Positions 27,939 to 36,635 of a stretch of 64,000 bases of DNA are shown here, in pieces (positions within the stretch are counted from its first letter, which is position 1; each line of letters opens with the position of its first letter). The notes beneath the pieces were generated by a model. The model was given only the letters and a program-made list of their open reading frames with translations. It ran no database searches and was not told where the DNA came from. The stretch comes from an uncultured virus (IMG/VR IMGVR_UViG_3300010998_000493) (lineage: Duplodnaviria; Heunggongvirae; Uroviricota; Caudoviricetes): IMG/VR virus record IMGVR_UViG_3300010998_000493. One strand, given 5' to 3'. A program made the translations under genes and the position numbers.

Positions 27939-28268
27939 ATGAAAAAGAAAGTATATATCAGTGGCAAGATAGGCGAAGAGGTCCTGAGCGAGGCAACCCG
28001 TGAGAAGTTCGCCAAAGCAGAGAAATGGCTGAAAGCCAAAGGATATGCCGTTTTCAATCCTACGACAAGCGGATTGGGTACAGTCGCTGAACAAGCAGCT
28101 AAGAAGTATGGAACCACATTTTACAAAGAGATACTTATTTATGACTTGATGGCCTTAAAGCAGTGTGATGCCATCTATATGCTTCCGGATTGGCAGCACA
28201 GTCCTGGCGCTTTAGTAGAGTATTTTTATGCAAAGGCTGTCGGCTTAGAAGTAATTATTACAAAATGA
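27939..28268 (+). CDS. DUF4406 / nucleoside 2-deoxyribosyltransferase-like protein
   Basis: VYISGKI..NP..LKQCDAIYMLPDWQHSPGALVE. Confidence 0.88.
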   Translation: MKKKVYISGKIGEEVLSEATREKFAKAEKWLKAKGYAVFNPTTSGLGTVAEQAAKKYGTTFYKEILIYDLMALKQCDAIYMLPDWQHSPGALVEYFYAKAVGLEVIITK

Positions 28269-28501
28269 ATATGAGTAAGACAAAGCAAGTATTGGAATTG
28301 AACAGCCCCAGCATGAAGACCAAGCATGAGCGGTTGATAGGGCTTGTGCAACAGTGCAACTACTGTTGTGGAAACGGATGGTTCTGGAGTCGTGACGGAG
28401 CCTATAACTCAGTGAAGGTGCCTTGCCCCATGTGCGAGGGAACCGGTAAGATGCAGCCAGTGATAACCATAGATTGGAAGCCAGTATGTCAGGAGAAATA
28501 A
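28265..28501 (+). CDS. DnaJ-type zinc-finger small protein
   Basis: CNYCCGNG and CPMCEGTG. Confidence 0.8.
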   Translation: MNMSKTKQVLELNSPSMKTKHERLIGLVQQCNYCCGNGWFWSRDGAYNSVKVPCPMCEGTGKMQPVITIDWKPVCQEK

Positions 28502-28899
28502 ACAACTTCGCACGGTTCTACACCCTTCTGAACCGTATGCCCTATGTAGGCGACAAAGAAGAGCTGAAGCGTGACTTGGTGCTTCAAGGTACCAACGGAC
28601 GCACCAACAGCCTCAGAGAGGTAAGCAAGAAGGAATATGCAGCCATCTGTGAAGCGATGGAACGCGTTGCCCCTGGCAGTGATCGAGAGAAGTTCGTAGA
28701 GCAGCGCAGAAGGTCGCGTAGTATATGCCTGAAGCTATTGCAGCAGATTGGCATTGACACTACATCCTGGCAAGCCATCAACACCTACTGCAGAAGTCCC
28801 AAGATAGCCGGCACCGAGTTTCGCGACCTGAGCATAGAAGACCTTGACAGGCTTTCCCTGAGACTGAGAATGATATTAAAGAAACAGAGTGATAAATAA
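28486..28899 (+). CDS. GemA-like Mu early protein
   Basis: RTNSLREVS..EY and W..IN..C..F..L..DL..L pattern; position in the early operon. Confidence 0.6.
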   Translation: MSGEINNFARFYTLLNRMPYVGDKEELKRDLVLQGTNGRTNSLREVSKKEYAAICEAMERVAPGSDREKFVEQRRRSRSICLKLLQQIGIDTTSWQAINTYCRSPKIAGTEFRDLSIEDLDRLSLRLRMILKKQSDK

Positions 28900-28930
28900 C
28901 TTTTTTAGTAATCCTTAAAAAAATAAGAAA

Positions 28931-29500
28931 ATGACGACAAGAAAGAAAAAGACCATTATTTCCGGCGTGACCCGTGAGGCAGCCGACGAAGCATTCGGCA
29001 TCTATGCTAAAGCCGATGCAAGCATCAGCAAGATTAACGCTGAGATTGAGCTGAAATGTGCTCAGATCCGTGACAAGTACGCAGATAGGTTGGCTCAGTT
29101 GAGTGAGGAACGTGATGAGGCTTTTGACAAGCTTCAGGCTTTTGCCACCGAGAACCAGTCAGAATTATTTGCCAAAAAGAAGAGTATGGAAATGGCTCAT
29201 GGTACAATCGGATTCCGCACTGGCACCCCGAAACTGAAAACTTTGAAAGGTTTCACCTGGGCGAGTGCACTGCAGCTTGCAAAGAAATTCCTTCCGGTCA
29301 CTTACATCCGCATGTCAGAAGACATAGCGAAGGACAGACTGCTTGCGGACCGTGACCTGAAAGAGACCGTGGTATATGACACCCCGACAGGTGAACCTCG
29401 GGAAGTGACCATGCGGGAAGCGATGGCCATATGTGGCATCCAAGTGACTCAAGACGAAACCTTCTATGTAGAACCAAAGAAAGAGAATACCGATAATTAA
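28931..29500 (+). CDS. gam: Gam-like host-nuclease inhibitor
   Basis: KKKSMEMAHGTIGFRTGTPKL..GIQVTQDETFYVEP. Confidence 0.85.
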   Translation: MTTRKKKTIISGVTREAADEAFGIYAKADASISKINAEIELKCAQIRDKYADRLAQLSEERDEAFDKLQAFATENQSELFAKKKSMEMAHGTIGFRTGTPKLKTLKGFTWASALQLAKKFLPVTYIRMSEDIAKDRLLADRDLKETVVYDTPTGEPREVTMREAMAICGIQVTQDETFYVEPKKENTDN

Positions 29501-29608
29501 AAAGGATTTCTGAGGGAAAGAGTCTGTTTTATTCTCTTTGTGAACTGAAAATGAGGCATTTCTTATGAGATGCCCCATTTTTTATAATATTTTAATTAAA
29601 TTTGCAGC

Positions 29609-29917
29609 ATGGCAAAAGGCAGGAGCAAAGTACTCATATCAAGCAGAGATATCAGGTTGTTTGAGCGTTATTACTATTGGACGGAAGTTCGCCGTCTTCG
29701 CTTTGATGACACCATCAAGAAACTGAGCGAAGAAGAGTTCTTTATTTCCGAAAGCCGCGTTATGCAGATAGTCCGCAGGATGATTCGGAGCGGTGCCACC
29801 GTTGACGGTAAGCAGATAGAGCGTCCGATGTTCACTGGCTTCAAGGTAAGCTCTAAAGTATGCCTGCCGAAAGCACAACCTTGCGTGGAGCGGCAACCCT
29901 CTCTGTTTCCTGAATGA
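29609..29917 (+). CDS. Mor/C-like late transcription activator candidate
   Basis: RD..L..RYYY..LSEEEFFISESRV HTH; end of early region; TAAATTTG box just upstream. Confidence 0.6.
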   Translation: MAKGRSKVLISSRDIRLFERYYYWTEVRRLRFDDTIKKLSEEEFFISESRVMQIVRRMIRSGATVDGKQIERPMFTGFKVSSKVCLPKAQPCVERQPSLFPE

Positions 29918-30350
29918 TGTCCGTAGTGGCAACAGTGTATAGCATTTCATATATCTTGATACCGTGGCTCCAAGTGTAGAAGCGTGACTTCTCACGTATG
30001 AGTTCACCATCCTGATCAGGACGGAAGCCCTGCAAGATCTTGTGAAGCTCTTTGACCATTTCTGCCCTGTCAAGCGTTTTTTCTTCCGTTTCTGAACCAT
30101 AGTGGGTGTCATCATAGCAGTCAATGACCAGACGCACGTTGACCTTCGCCTTTCCCTTCTGACTTTTTCCGCTGAGATTAGACCAGTCCGTTTCCGGTAT
30201 GTCGATGAGCACACAGGGGAAGGTGACAGGATAAGTGTCAACATCCTCTTTGTCGATAGCTTCCAGTTGTCCGTAATCCTCATCAACCAGTGAGAGTGAA
30301 TGCATGGACTCCTTGATGTGGTTAATGAGATGATAAAGCAATAATTCCAT
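29853..30350 (-). CDS. Tail completion/terminator protein (Mu gp37-like)
   Basis: VDEDYGQLE..YPVTFPCVLID; synteny. Confidence 0.65.
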   Translation of the reverse strand: MELLLYHLINHIKESMHSLSLVDEDYGQLEAIDKEDVDTYPVTFPCVLIDIPETDWSNLSGKSQKGKAKVNVRLVIDCYDDTHYGSETEEKTLDRAEMVKELHKILQGFRPDQDGELIREKSRFYTWSHGIKIYEMLYTVATTDIIQETERVAAPRKVVLSAGIL

Positions 30351-30939
30351 CTTTAATTTTCTGAATTGAGTCGTTAATGAGTTTGTTTATTTTCACGCGT
30401 AGTTCTGCAGAGTCGCCCATGAACTGGCGCCTGGGGATATGCGCATGGACGGTGATGTTCCGTTTCTTTGTAAGCGCAAGTCCCTTCCACATACCAGTCT
30501 CAGCAGGCAGTTCCTTCGGGAGTTTGCCTTTGCCCTTGATGCCGGCAAGCGAATAGACCATGTGCCAGGCATACTTCCGCATCCGTTCTGTGACAGTGGG
30601 ATGTGTGGTGATGTCGCCACCGTCATTGTGGATGGCAGCATACGGCACAGGGTTTTCGATGGTGACTTGTCCCGGAGCAGTCTCTGCCTGGATAGAACAC
30701 ATCATGTGGTTCCTTCTGGACGTAAGCGGTCCATACTTCGCATCAGGAGAATTGGAGTCCTGGCGACGTGTCCGTTTCCAGGGGTGCAGCCCATTGTCGA
30801 GCCAGCCGCCATCCCGGAAGTTCTGCTTGAAGTGGTTTACAGCCACCACCCCGACCTTGCGCGGCAGCCTGTCATGAACTTCTTTGATGATGTCATCCTT
30901 GGCCTTGGCGACCAGTCTTTCTATGTCCCTGGCATCCAT
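30322..30939 (-). CDS. Virion morphogenesis protein (Mu gpG-like)
   Basis: PYAAIHNDGG..IPRRQFMG. Confidence 0.88.
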   Translation of the reverse strand: MDARDIERLVAKAKDDIIKEVHDRLPRKVGVVAVNHFKQNFRDGGWLDNGLHPWKRTRRQDSNSPDAKYGPLTSRRNHMMCSIQAETAPGQVTIENPVPYAAIHNDGGDITTHPTVTERMRKYAWHMVYSLAGIKGKGKLPKELPAETGMWKGLALTKKRNITVHAHIPRRQFMGDSAELRVKINKLINDSIQKIKDGIIALSSH

Positions 30940-30945
30940 GACAAT

Positions 30946-31194
30946 CTATTTGTGAAGCTTTCCCTCGAACATATACAGAGCATGCTCTCTGTAAAACGAA
31001 AGCGGCCCCTTGATACGCTGTCGCTGTATAAGATACCTGAGTCTTGACTGTGAAGTGACAATAGGCCTGCCCTTGAAATTGAGAACCATATACAATCCAG
31101 GTTGCTGCCAAGCACAACGCTTAGCCTTGCGAATAGCACGCTGCAGGCGGAACTTGAAAACTAAATCTTTGAAGAAAAAGATGATTTTTTTCAT
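30946..31194 (-). CDS. Small basic hypothetical protein
   Basis: 82 aa ORF between MuF and the gpG-like gene. Confidence 0.65.
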   Translation of the reverse strand: MKKIIFFFKDLVFKFRLQRAIRKAKRCAWQQPGLYMVLNFKGRPIVTSQSRLRYLIQRQRIKGPLSFYREHALYMFEGKLHK

Positions 31195-31234
31195 AATTTA
31201 TTTGGTATTTATAAATAAATGTGTACTTTTGCGA

Positions 31235-31308
31235 CGGTAAGAGTCAAAGCAGAGTCAAAGTCTCGTGCTCGGCTCCAACCTCCACTCGGGACTTCGGTCC
31301 CGTTTTTT
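31235..31308 (+). ncRNA. Candidate ~70 nt small RNA convergent with the MuF-toxin 3' end
   Basis: TTTG(31201-31204), 19 nt spacer, TACTTTTG(31224-31231); internal hairpin; terminator CGGGAC-TTCG-GTCCCG-T6 (31287-31308). Confidence 0.7.
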
Positions 31309-32748
31309 ATTGATATACATAGCACTTTGATCCATGTTTAACAATGATCGTTCTCTCTTTGGAAGATTGATACAAATAGCCATTAATCGTTTTACTGATA
31401 GTCCTACGTGATACAAACGTGGGAATTTCCAACACTACATTGTCTGCTTGTTTTTTAGCCTCTTTGATTCTGTTGAGAATATCATTATGATATTTTTTCT
31501 TACTACCATTAGGCTTTATTCCCATCATGCTCTTCCCATCGAATAACATACCTCCGATGTAAAAGTCTGGGTTCTTGTTAGGGAATACCCCTGAAGGAAG
31601 TAATGTAGAGCGTAATGGCGCAAGAGTATAATCGCGTGGATCAAGTCTTGGCAACAGATAAACTTTTTTCCCTAACTTGTCGGCGATAAAAGCCCCCAGA
31701 CGTTTATTGTTCGCTACCTCATTGCTGCCATGATATGGGCTTGTCATCACTTTTCCGTTGTGCGATGGGCGGTATGTATCAACGCTTGGCGGTGGAACGT
31801 CAGAAGCCTTCCTTACTTTATCCGCTGCTTTTTTCATCTTGTTATCGATGAGATGGCAACTATAGCAATCCTTTTCTTGATTTATGAATAAGCCTTTGAG
31901 TTTATTCTTTAATCCACGGTTAGCGAAACACTGACTGCAGCTCTTCGGGAAGTACGGGTGTTTGTCTGAGAATGTATGTCCGTCCTTGCCCGGATTGTTT
32001 TCAAGTCCGCGTTGTGGCTGTGTAGGTTTCAAGTCAACGGGACGCACTACAGGCTCATCGGTAGCCTCCAGAGAGCATTTGCAGTTCCATCGGTCGCCAG
32101 GGTGATGCTCGTTCCAAAATGGATCATCGACGGGCAGCGTGAGCTTCATGCGCCAGTAGGCAGCGTGTGTACTTTCCGGTTCCGGTGACGTGGTTGGCAT
32201 CCAGCGCAGGTTTGGGAAGATGTCTTTGTTCCGTTCAAACTCCTGCCAATCGGCAGCAGCATGTGCTCTTATAACAGCCGTGTCGTACTCTGTGCGCAGC
32301 CATGCGCCCACCTGGTGGGAAGAGATAGAAGACACGTCACGCAGCCACTTGTCAAATGATTTGAGGTTGCCGCTGGCATCGAAGAGCTTTGCAGCCATGT
32401 CCTCACCCATCTGATGCACCTTGAAGGCTGCGAACACCTCGTTGGAGTGGCGCAGGTTTTGATAGAAGAGGCGGTCGTGTGTTGGCGGTGTCTTCGCCTG
32501 AGAAAGTCCCTCTACGGTTCCTTCATTGATGACACGCAGCACCTCACGCCAGATGGCCGGCTCAATCTCGTTTGAAGTGTCGAAGCCGTTATATACCTTT
32601 TTCAGGAACTGGCTGAGGACATTGGCATCAAAGCGGATGGAGTTTTCAAATCCGGTACCACTGCAACATGAGCAACCATGATGGTGCTCCCCATAATAGA
32701 GCGAGTCAATCAGAAGTCGGTGTCCGCCCCGGTGTTCGGGGCTATTCC
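31307..32748 (-). CDS. MuF minor head protein with C-terminal CdiA-like PD-(D/E)xK nuclease; probably translated by -1 frameshift from the portal gene
   Basis: LRTEYDTA, H..PVDDPFW..PGDRWNCKC MuF motifs; NPDF..FDGK..KKQADNVVLEI tip; frame is open back to the portal slippery site with no start codon before GTG 32542. Confidence 0.85.
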
Positions 32749-34050
32749 GAAAAAACGGTTCAAGATGTTTTTGAACGCTTTTCTATCAGTGCTCAAAGGC
32801 TGTTTCCCATCCGCGTTTGTTGAGTCGTTGAGTGCCTTCCGGACAGCCTCTTTGTTAGCCTGAGCCTCAGCCTTCTGTCGGTCGTAGTCCTTTGGCTTCT
32901 CTACACCAAAAGTCTCATAGAGCCAATCATCATCCATTGGCAGACCCATACTCTGAAGCTTCTGTACAATGTCGATTTGCTGGGAAGGAATGATCTTGTC
33001 TTTCTTGGCATAGACGAACTCTCCGCCATCTACATTGAAACCCAGCGCGGCAAAGATAGGTCGCATCTGATAGTTCAGAATGTCCAGGATAAACTCACGG
33101 TCATCCGTGTTCATGTCATCCTCTTCCTCCTTGTGGACTTCACCCAGCGCCTGTGTGCCTGTTTCCTTCGCATCTGTTGTGAGCGTGTTGCCCAGGACAC
33201 GAATGGAAATCTTGCTGTCCCAATAGTCAGCAAACGTCTTGTAGAGGTCGCTGGAGCCCGTCTTGTTGCCTGCCTCAATCAATGTCAGTTCGCTATCCTT
33301 CGGGTGGATATAGACGGCATTTGAGCCTTGTCTTCTGGCATCAGCAATAAGGCGCTTGCGTGCTGTTTCGTCACCTGCATCATAGGTGTATTCCCTTATA
33401 GGCATACCGAAGATGTTGCAGAACTGAGCCCAGTCTGCCATATCTCCACGTTTATAGAGAACAGCCGGCATGAGTTCCGCGAAGATGCCCAGTCCTCTCT
33501 CAGTGCCGACAAAGAGGCAGTTGGGGAAGTTCTCAATGGGTATTCCTTGCTGGTCGCCCTGGAACTTCAAGAGCTGCTTCTGCACGGGGTCATAGTGCTT
33601 ACGGTCAATAAGGTCATAGCGGATGTTCCCCTCTTCGTCGAGGTAGAACTGTACGAGGGTAAAGCCCCAGAACTCAGCCATGATGAAGTCCTTGCGCAGC
33701 TGCTTGAACCAAGGAGAACGCAGCTGTGCATTGATTGTGTCATCAGGTTCCCCGTTCCGCTGGAACTCAACAGGCAGGCGTGTGACTCCCCTGAGGCGCT
33801 TTGCCAGGACACCAGACAGGTGTAGGTCAAGCAAGGCGGACTCATACATGTCAAAAAGCCTTGTACGGTTGGAATAGTCGATGCTCTTTGCCAACGTGAC
33901 AGAACTCATGTAAGCGTTCATGTCGAACAGGAATATCTCCGGCATCTGCAGCACCACATCCGGCAATCTCTGGCCGTTGGGAACACGCATACCACCCTGA
34001 GTGATCTGCTTGGTGCTGTTCCTCTTATTTTTAATCTTATTCATAGTCAT
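32710..34050 (-). CDS. Portal protein (Mu gp29/DUF935-like)
   Basis: DLHLSGVLAKR, WAQFCNIFGMP, VLGNTLTT..GTQALGEVH. Confidence 0.92.
   Translation of the reverse strand: MTMNKIKNKRNSTKQITQGGMRVPNGQRLPDVVLQMPEIFLFDMNAYMSSVTLAKSIDYSNRTRLFDMYESALLDLHLSGVLAKRLRGVTRLPVEFQRNGEPDDTINAQLRSPWFKQLRKDFIMAEFWGFTLVQFYLDEEGNIRYDLIDRKHYDPVQKQLLKFQGDQQGIPIENFPNCLFVGTERGLGIFAELMPAVLYKRGDMADWAQFCNIFGMPIREYTYDAGDETARKRLIADARRQGSNAVYIHPKDSELTLIEAGNKTGSSDLYKTFADYWDSKISIRVLGNTLTTDAKETGTQALGEVHKEEEDDMNTDDREFILDILNYQMRPIFAALGFNVDGGEFVYAKKDKIIPSQQIDIVQKLQSMGLPMDDDWLYETFGVEKPKDYDRQKAEAQANKEAVRKALNDSTNADGKQPLSTDRKAFKNILNRFFGIAPNTGADTDF
32726..32755 (-). promoter_or_regulatory. -1 programmed ribosomal frameshift signal (portal to MuF)
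   Basis: T TTT TTC heptamer (32755-32749), 6-nt spacer, GCCCCG-AACAC-CGGGGC hairpin. Confidence 0.8.
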
Positions 34051-34491
34051 TTATCTGAATGTAGGTCTTATATCGTCAGCTTGTATTTGCCAGGGGGAAT
34101 TGCCGCCAAGTTCCTCAGCGGGCAACAGCGGGGCCCCATCGATGGTGATGTCACCCTTCATGACACCTTTGAGCCATTCGATGGCGCGGTCATATCTGTC
34201 CTGTCTTATCTTGGCAATCTTATAGGGATTGTGCTGACAGAAAATGTGATATACGGTGATGTCGATGGCGAACATGAGAATGAGCGCGTGGCGGTCAGTT
34301 CCTGTTGCTGAAAAGATGGCATCACAGTCATACGCCTTGTTCAGATAAGAGCGCATTTCCGCAATGGCTCTGTCCTCACATATCTCTATAATCTGAGGGT
34401 CATAGGATGCTGAGTCTTTCCGCAGGAGTGAGTCAAGTATCTCCCTGTGGATGGTCGCATCATAGTCTGTGGTATTGATGAAATTTGCCAT
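34051..34491 (-). CDS. Head-tail adaptor (Mu gp36/DUF1320-like)
   Basis: AIAEMRSYL..YD..DITVYH..RYDRAIEWL. Confidence 0.88.
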   Translation of the reverse strand: MANFINTTDYDATIHREILDSLLRKDSASYDPQIIEICEDRAIAEMRSYLNKAYDCDAIFSATGTDRHALILMFAIDITVYHIFCQHNPYKIAKIRQDRYDRAIEWLKGVMKGDITIDGAPLLPAEELGGNSPWQIQADDIRPTFR

Positions 34492-34493
34492 AG

Positions 34494-36023
34494 TTACATT
34501 CGATATGGGTTTTGTTCGTTAAGTTCCTTGTATGAGATAGTGACAGCCGGTTGCAGTTCGGCAGTTTTCTCGGCAATAATGGTTAAGCCACCTTCAATGC
34601 AGTCCGGACCATCGGCATTGTAAGGCAGGTGCATTTCAAAGAGTTTGAACTGATTGATGAGTTCCTGCATGTGCGGATTGTCCTGTTCGTCTTCATTGAA
34701 TATCCAAGCTCCGTTTCTGTCAATCGGTTCCAGATTGGCTTCAATACGAGTTGCCTTGTCCGTCTTCTTGCGCTCATCGCCTTTGATGTAGAGGTCGCGC
34801 TTGCGCTTCTTGCACTCATCACGCAGCAGCGGTTTGAATACCTGATTGAAGAAAGGATCTTGCAGTTTGTTGTTCTCCATGTAGCAATAGACGTTGGTCT
34901 TCCCTGCCACATAGTCCATCAGGTCGAAGTACCAACTGATAAATACCGCATTGAGTTCGCGGGCGAGGAAGCCCTTAATAACATAGAACACCCCTTTGTA
35001 TTTACCGACAAGCCAGAGCGCCTTCGTACTGGAAGCCTTTTTCTTGGAGTCCGAATAAGCAGGGTCGCCATACATGATAAGGAACGGGAACTTGCGAAGC
35101 GGCGGCACCTTGCCAAAAGGCAGGTTCTTGAAGACGTTGCCCTCGGAAACAGGATTGTTGAAATACTCAGCCTGGGCATTCTTTGAAGAGATATTTGACA
35201 GTACGATGTCTATTTGCTCTTCTGTATTTTTCTGCGGCCAAGTGCTCTTTCCGTTCTTATCCCTGATATTGACTATATCCCAATGCTTAGCACGTTCGCC
35301 GGCTCGCTTGATGCAGCAGTCCTTGGCAATGATGTTACCGCACCATAGCACAAGTGTAGGCTCAGAGATGGAACGTGTGGGATAAAGCGCACCTTCAAAC
35401 CAGTCCCACTTCTTTTTCAGTGTCTCAGGATTGCGGCAGTCCTCATCTGTGTCATAGTCATCAAGGTAGATGACATCAGGACGTACCTCTTCATTCCTGG
35501 CACCACGAGGGGCAGAACCGGCACCGAGGGCAACGAACTTTGCCCCACAACGTGCAGTAAAGTCCTTATCGGTCCAGGCACCAAGCGTTACCTGATTGCC
35601 GTAGAACTGCCGCAGGCGCGGGTTACTCTCGAAGTTGAGCCTGTAAGGAATAAGCAGACGGATTGCAGATGTCTCAGTAGCCGATGCCAGGACAAAGAAC
35701 CTCTTGCGCCCTGTCAGTGCCAGGAACATATTGATGAACATGGCCACCGTTGACTTTGCCAGTTCACGGCACCATGACAGCACTTCATACCATTCAGGAT
35801 GATCAATGACTCGGTGGATAGCTTTGACGTGGAAAGGCGCAAAATCATACTTGGCATACTTCGGGAAGAAATACTTGATCCACTCTATGGGGTCTTTCTC
35901 CAGCTCCATACGTTTTTTCTGAATGTCACGTTTAGACATCCAGTCTTCTACGGGAACGTCAGCGGCAAGCGCCTTGTGATGCTCTTCCCATCGACCGAGT
36001 GCTTTTCTTTCTTCGAGTGTCAT
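34494..36023 (-). CDS. Terminase large subunit
   Basis: RELAKST, RPDVIYLDD, YGDPA, DGPDC nuclease motifs. Confidence 0.92.
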   Translation of the reverse strand: MTLEERKALGRWEEHHKALAADVPVEDWMSKRDIQKKRMELEKDPIEWIKYFFPKYAKYDFAPFHVKAIHRVIDHPEWYEVLSWCRELAKSTVAMFINMFLALTGRKRFFVLASATETSAIRLLIPYRLNFESNPRLRQFYGNQVTLGAWTDKDFTARCGAKFVALGAGSAPRGARNEEVRPDVIYLDDYDTDEDCRNPETLKKKWDWFEGALYPTRSISEPTLVLWCGNIIAKDCCIKRAGERAKHWDIVNIRDKNGKSTWPQKNTEEQIDIVLSNISSKNAQAEYFNNPVSEGNVFKNLPFGKVPPLRKFPFLIMYGDPAYSDSKKKASSTKALWLVGKYKGVFYVIKGFLARELNAVFISWYFDLMDYVAGKTNVYCYMENNKLQDPFFNQVFKPLLRDECKKRKRDLYIKGDERKKTDKATRIEANLEPIDRNGAWIFNEDEQDNPHMQELINQFKLFEMHLPYNADGPDCIEGGLTIIAEKTAELQPAVTISYKELNEQNPYRM

Positions 36024-36463
36024 TTCATCTGGTCTTTTATGAACGCATCGAGGAGGTTGCTAAACTCTTTTGCCTTATCAAGATCGAGCGGACGGAGCCA
36101 GTTTGTAAAGCGTATGGCAACATCCACGATGTCGGCAATGCCAACGTCCTGTTCAATCTTCTTAATGGCCGAAGCAAGTTTCGCGAGTGTATCAGCCTCG
36201 GTGACCGTGGCAAATCGCTTACCCTCTTCGCGGTCATTGATGTTGTTGTTTATCTCAACTATCTGACGGTTCAGTCCGGACAGTATCTGTGCCGGAGTGA
36301 TGGTGATGGAGGCTTTGAGTTGCTCCCATTCTCCGTCTTTAATCCATCGGGAAACCGTCTGGCGCGTTGTTCCTACCTTGTCGGCAATTTCCTCCTGAGT
36401 GTAGTTTCCGTTGAGATATAGCGACTTTGCAATATCTTTTTTGTCAATGTTCTGTTTAGCCAT
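36020..36463 (-). CDS. Terminase small subunit (DUF1804-like HTH)
   Basis: AKSLYL..TQEEIADKVGTTRQTVSRW..W; directly upstream of the large subunit. Confidence 0.82.
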   Translation of the reverse strand: MAKQNIDKKDIAKSLYLNGNYTQEEIADKVGTTRQTVSRWIKDGEWEQLKASITITPAQILSGLNRQIVEINNNINDREEGKRFATVTEADTLAKLASAIKKIEQDVGIADIVDVAIRFTNWLRPLDLDKAKEFSNLLDAFIKDQMK

Positions 36464-36483
36464 ATAATTGCAATTAAAATTGA

Positions 36484-36619
36484 TGCAAATTTCGGCATAA
36501 ATGGGGAGAAAATGAAATGCAGTTTTTATGATGACTCCCTGTATGAATATCATTGCAAACATCTGATACTATGATAAAAACATCGTTTGTAAATATCGGA
36601 AAAACAGGCGAAATTTGCA
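36484..36619. promoter_or_regulatory. Divergent late-promoter region
   Basis: Inverted 11-mers TGCAAATTTCG (36484-36494) / CGAAATTTGCA (36609-36619), each a degenerate -7 box pointing into a late operon. Confidence 0.6.
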
Positions 36620-36635
36620 CCAAAAATCATACGAG

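Noticed and set aside
30946..31194. Confident call as the MuF-toxin immunity protein
   Set aside because: Position fits, but it is strongly basic, separated from the toxin by an opposing transcription unit, and has no recognisable motif; kept only as an alternative
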